DNA of 64,000 bases from Emiliania huxleyi CCMP1516 (taxonomy: Eukaryota), in NCBI RefSeq assembly GCF_000372725.1, contig NW_005202368.1, positions 418,293 through 482,292 of the forward strand, given 5' to 3'. The position numbers and the translations under genes are program-made. Below the pieces are notes generated by a model. The model did not search any database. It was not told where the DNA came from and saw only the letters and a list, made by a program, of their open reading frames with translations. Within the stretch, counting starts at the first letter, position 1, and every line of letters starts with the position of its first letter. This document shows, in pieces, positions 59,785 to 64,000 of this stretch.

Positions 59785-61590
59785 TCACCCGCCACTGCAC
59801 CCCGCGCCCCTGTTAGCGCACGTGGCGGCCGGGCAAGAAGCATTCCGATCCACCCGCCGGCAGAGCGCCCAGCGACAAGCACGGCCCTTGTCCACACCGA
59901 CGACCGCGCACTCCTTGAGCGCCGGCCTCGCCGCCGTCACCGCCACCCACTGGTGTGTGTGCTGGCGCAGCTCACGTCCGCTGCACGTCGCGGGGGCGGG
60001 TGCCGCCGCCGCCGCCGAAGGGCCGAGCCACCGTTCACGGTACCTCGCGTACAGCATTGCGTCGTGCGGCGCGGCGTCGCGGACGGCAGCGCGGAAAGCC
60101 GTGTCGCCCTCCGCCGTCCACGTCTTGCCGTCGCTGAAGCCGCTGCGGTTCCGCTTCGCCGCAAACTCGGGGCGGAACCACGCTGACTTGTGCGTGTGGC
60201 CCGGATCGACGCAGTGCGGCGGCATGGCCCCACTTTTTTTATTTGGACCACGCGGGCAGCCGAGGCGCATCCTGCCGCAGAGCTCGCGCATGAAGGCGGG
60301 GAGGGCCTCGGTCACGCCCACCACGTCCACCCTCCGCAGAAGCTCCTCTGCCTTTTCGAGGTCGGTCTTGTTTGAGCCAGGAAGCACCCCCTTGGCCAAC
60401 AGCCACGTCTGCAGGTTTGGGTTCCGCGTCGCAAACTCCGCCGCCGAGGCGCACTCGCGAGTGTACTTGCCCGGGTTGGGGGCGCGAAAGTCGTGGCAGA
60501 TTCCGGGGCCGTAGTAGAGCCACCAGCTCGCGTAGAGTGCGACCGGCTCCCGCAAAGTGAGGGCCAGCAAGACGGAGGCGCGGAAGCGCGCGTCCGCTTC
60601 GATCAAGTCGATTGTCTGCTGCCAAGCCTTCAAGTGCGGCCCGATGTGGAACTCGACGAACGCGCCTAAGGTGAGGTGAGGTAGACCTCCCCCCCCCCCC
60701 CCCCCCCAGCGGTGGTTAGCGAGGGCCAGGCAACCCTCGCAACTCCACGTGTTAAAGGACAGGAGCGCCACGGCATTAACGGCCCAGTGCGCGTGTGTGA
60801 GCGCGCCTCCGAAGGGAGGCGGAGGCCACGAGCGCAGGTCCGCGACCACGCGCCACGGCTCGCCTGTGGCCGAGTGAAGGCCGGGTCTTGGCCGTATTAG
60901 GCCACATCTCGGCTCCATCGCGGCCACATCGCGGGCAAATCTCGGCTATAGCTTGCTTCGCCACCAGCCGCCCGACAGGCCTCGCTTGGCGGTGCACCCT
61001 TCGCGGCGCCAGCTGGGCAGGCACTTGATGTCTGCGCGGCCCGTGTAGCCGTAGAACCCGAAGGCCGGCTGCACCTTCTCGTGCGCCTCGAAGGCGAGCC
61101 GCAGCGTCGTCCCTCCCGTCTTCTCCAGGTGGCGAAACACCAGCACGCTCGGCCGACTGCCGACCAGCTCTCCCGCCGCCGACTCGCCTCCCCACGCAGA
61201 CCGCTTCGCCGCGCCGCCCGCGAGTAGCTCCGACCGCCGGTCCGCCCGAGCCCGCATCCGAGCCGCTGCGGTGGACGGAGGCAGCAGCTTGCTGCGAAGG
61301 CGGCCTCGTCTCAGCGTGCCCCGCCTCGTCTCGGCCACCTCGGCCCGACGTGGAAACGGCGGCGCGGAGCAGCCGCAGCGCTGCTCGGGGCTCGTTCGTG
61401 TGACGAAGCCGCACGAGACCAGCACGCCGTCGCATAGAAAGTCGCCGCGGCAGCCGCCAGAGACCCAGACAGTGGACGTAGATCCGTTGCGCTCGCAGCC
61501 AAAGCTGCGTGAGTCGCAGCGCGCCAGGAAGCTGCGCTGCCGTGCGAGGGAGACTGCGCACGGTTCACCCATCGTTGGAGGTTTTGGCAA
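59785..61590 (-). CDS. DUF3011-like Cys-rich domain + sulfotransferase-like protein, about 2 introns
   Basis: CAVSLARQRS...C...FGC...VWVSGGCRGDFLC at the N-terminus; HLEKTGGTTLR (5'-PSB), TLREPVALYASWW (3'-PB), VVGVTE and DAMLY. Confidence 0.7.
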
Positions 61591-61719
61591 GTTGGGTTCA
61601 CCATTGTCTGGGTTCAGGGTGAAGGGCGGGCATGCCGGGTCAAGCTGAGACTAATGATCGAGGCACCAGGGGTCGTTCTTCGCCCACAGCAGCAACTGGC
61701 AGAGCAGGCGCAACGACGC

Positions 61720-62085
61720 CCGCCCGACTGGGTGGCATACACAGACGGGTCGGAAGACCTAGGGAAAGCAGGGTGGGCCTATACAGTACTCATCGGGGGC
61801 GACGCAATCGGCGATAGGGGCGCGTCGCTGGCGAGCGAGGGCTACGGGCCAGTTGTCACTTCGGCGGCGCACCCAGCATACCTCGGCGCGCGCAGGCATA
61901 CCAACAACACGGCGGAACTAACCGCCCTAGCCGAGCTCCTCCGGGCTCTCCTGTCCTCGTCACCGCAACGAGCGGGCTCACGCGGAGTAGTGCGGACCGA
62001 CAGCGAGTACGCGGCGGCGTGCATGATGGGGAGGGTGACCCCCAAAACGAACAGACAGCTAGCGGAGCGCCTTCGTTCCCTCTAG
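61720..62085 (+). mobile_element. Truncated RNase HI domain, probably retroelement-derived
   Basis: YTDGS...AGW...TNNTAELTAL...VRTDSEYA...NRQL; it stops before the final H/D motif. Confidence 0.8.
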
Positions 62086-62447
62086 AGTGTGGAGATGTTT
62101 TGTGCGGGATCACACAGGCCCGAGTCCCTAGTGTCGCCGGAGCAGGTAGCTCCCTTTTTGAAAACTGAACAGTTTTCTTTTGGACACAACCAGCACCCAA
62201 AACATACAAGCCCCTCTCACAGAAAAAGAGACCATGAAAATCAAACAGCGCCGCACCGGCTAGTGACTAAATCTAAAAGCAACACACCGCAACTAATGGA
62301 CAACGGACGTCGCGGGGAAATCTTGAGGGGAGTGAGGCAGCGTATGAACAGGAATGTTGACGGTTTTGGACCGCCAAAAGTAGTGGACAAAGGTGCGGGG
62401 CGGATGTGCGCCCGGCTCTTGGTTGTGCTCGCATCGCACAGGTCTTC

Positions 62448-63646
62448 TCAGGAGTGCAACGGGGGCCCCTGCCCGCTAACCTCGCATCCAGGCATCCGGT
62501 TGCCGTCTTTCGTCGACACAGGCGCGGCGAATGGGTGTTTGCTTTCGTCGCAGATCTCAGGAGTGCCCTTCTTCGTGTAAATGCGAAGGCATGTGTCATT
62601 CCGCCTCCCGGACCCTGACTTCCTGTGGTACAGATGGCATGCGAGAAAACGGCCGGTCCACGCTGCAAACTGGTGGCGCACGTGTGGCTCGTTATGGTCT
62701 CCAATTTTCATGTTGGCAAAGACCTTGTTCTTCGCGTTCATACCCTTGTACAAGTCGTACGAGCATTTCGGAGATGTGCAGTGGTTGTGCTTTTTTCCGG
62801 GGCTGTCGTCGCCATTCGCGGTAAGGAATAAGGACGGTTTACGTGCCCATGAAGTGTTGTACATGCCCATGGAGTGGTTGGATAGGTTGATGTACAAGTC
62901 GTCACCGCCGTGAGAGAAGACCGTGGCCTTGATGTTGACACCTTGATAAGTCTCACCATCTTCAACATAAGATTGATTAGCGTCTTCAACAAATTTTGGC
63001 AGGTGGTGCGCTCCTGCGGAGTGCCCCATTGCGCCGACACTACCCCAGTCAGCCTTCAACGAGCGAGGTAAGCCAAGGTGCGTAGTAAGGCCCATTCTGG
63101 CCCACTTCATGGCGATGAGCAGGTCATTGTCCCTCTTGCATTCTTTGGACGTGTTTTCTATCCACGGCGAACCGTCGGTTTTGGGCGCAATGACGATCAG
63201 GCACTGATTCGCAACGCTCTCTAGCCACGCATCGTACCCCGTCCCATTCATATCTGCGTACTTCGATTCGTAACCAGAGGAGCCCCGGTGAAACATGACA
63301 ACTGGGTACCCTTCATGAGGTGGCGGACCCTTTGTTGGCTCCGTTGGGTAGAATATCTTCGTCTTGGTCGAGCCATCGCCACACGTGTACCGAAGGTTGA
63401 CGTCTCCCGTATTGAGGATGAAAGTTTCGTGTTTGTTGGCGCTGCATGGTGCCTGCTGGGAAACTGGCGGCGGCGGCGGTGGCGGCGGCGAAAAGCAATC
63501 GAGGATGCAGTCGGGGCGGAGTGCGATCGTCGCGCGAAAGAGGCAGCCAATCCCAGGGCTGTATGTGCAGGTCTTGCGCGAGTCTGCGTCCTCAGACTCG
63601 CCGTGGGTCGTCGCGAGCGTGAGAAAGAGGAGGAGATCTGCTTCAT
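62448..63646 (-). CDS. Secreted alpha/beta hydrolase (chlorophyllase/cutinase-like) with an apparent 1-nt frameshift after MKQI
   Basis: IFYP...YPVVMFHRG...GAMGHSAGA...PSLFLTANGD...GDHNEP. The frame is open upstream to LLLFLTLATTHG; the ATG at 63646 is one base out of frame. Confidence 0.75.
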
Positions 63647-64000
63647 CGTCTGCGACGAGGGAGACACGGCGACGCCTTTACGGCCTTTGCCGGCCTTGAA
63701 GGATCAGAACAGTGGTTTTTCTTTTTTGAGAGTTGGATAGGGCTAGCGGCTGGCCGCTAGCCTCTGAGGAGGGCGCCCATAGACACCTCACATGACCCCA
63801 CACACGGTCTTGTCCGGCCTCGCGGTCGGCGAGATTGCTAGAGGCGGAGCAAGCCTGCTCTAGTCTCACATGTTGCTTCCTGTCGTCTGTTGTGTTGTTG
63901 TGACCTTGTTTGTTCCTTTGGCACCTTGGAGTGCTGGGGGAGGCGACAGGGAGGATGTGGCCCTGAGTGATGTGTACGCCATCGCACCCCGCCCCGGCCC

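Overview
This is GC-rich eukaryotic genomic DNA. The intron style (many GC donors, 10-11 nt intronic minisatellites), the SPPPP-type low-complexity tracts and the gene content suggest a haptophyte such as Emiliania/Gephyrocapsa huxleyi; that assignment is inference only. Intron-rich genes include an arylsulfatase, a JmjC hydroxylase, an UNC-93-like MFS transporter, an At4g15545-like protein, a secretory cyclophilin, an OAC1-like mitochondrial carrier and a DUF3011-like/sulfotransferase protein. Two ankyrin-repeat paralogues lack introns. Mobile DNA is dense: CRE/R2-type RLE retrotransposon remnants, several non-autonomous TIR elements, a three-level nested insertion, a Sola2-like transposase fragment and an RNase H fragment. 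Two signals stand out. (1) An intact ankyrin + IRAK/RLK-type kinase + HEPN(DUF4145)-like protein (9048-12194) has the domain order of animal RNase L and is a candidate convergent antiviral effector. (2) Most traceable introns begin with a copy of the next exon's first bases, followed by a filler that supplies the AG; the simple ones are 63-79 nt long, use GC, GT or apparently GA donors, and share filler families across unrelated genes. All gene models were read by hand, and splice sites are inferred without RNA data.
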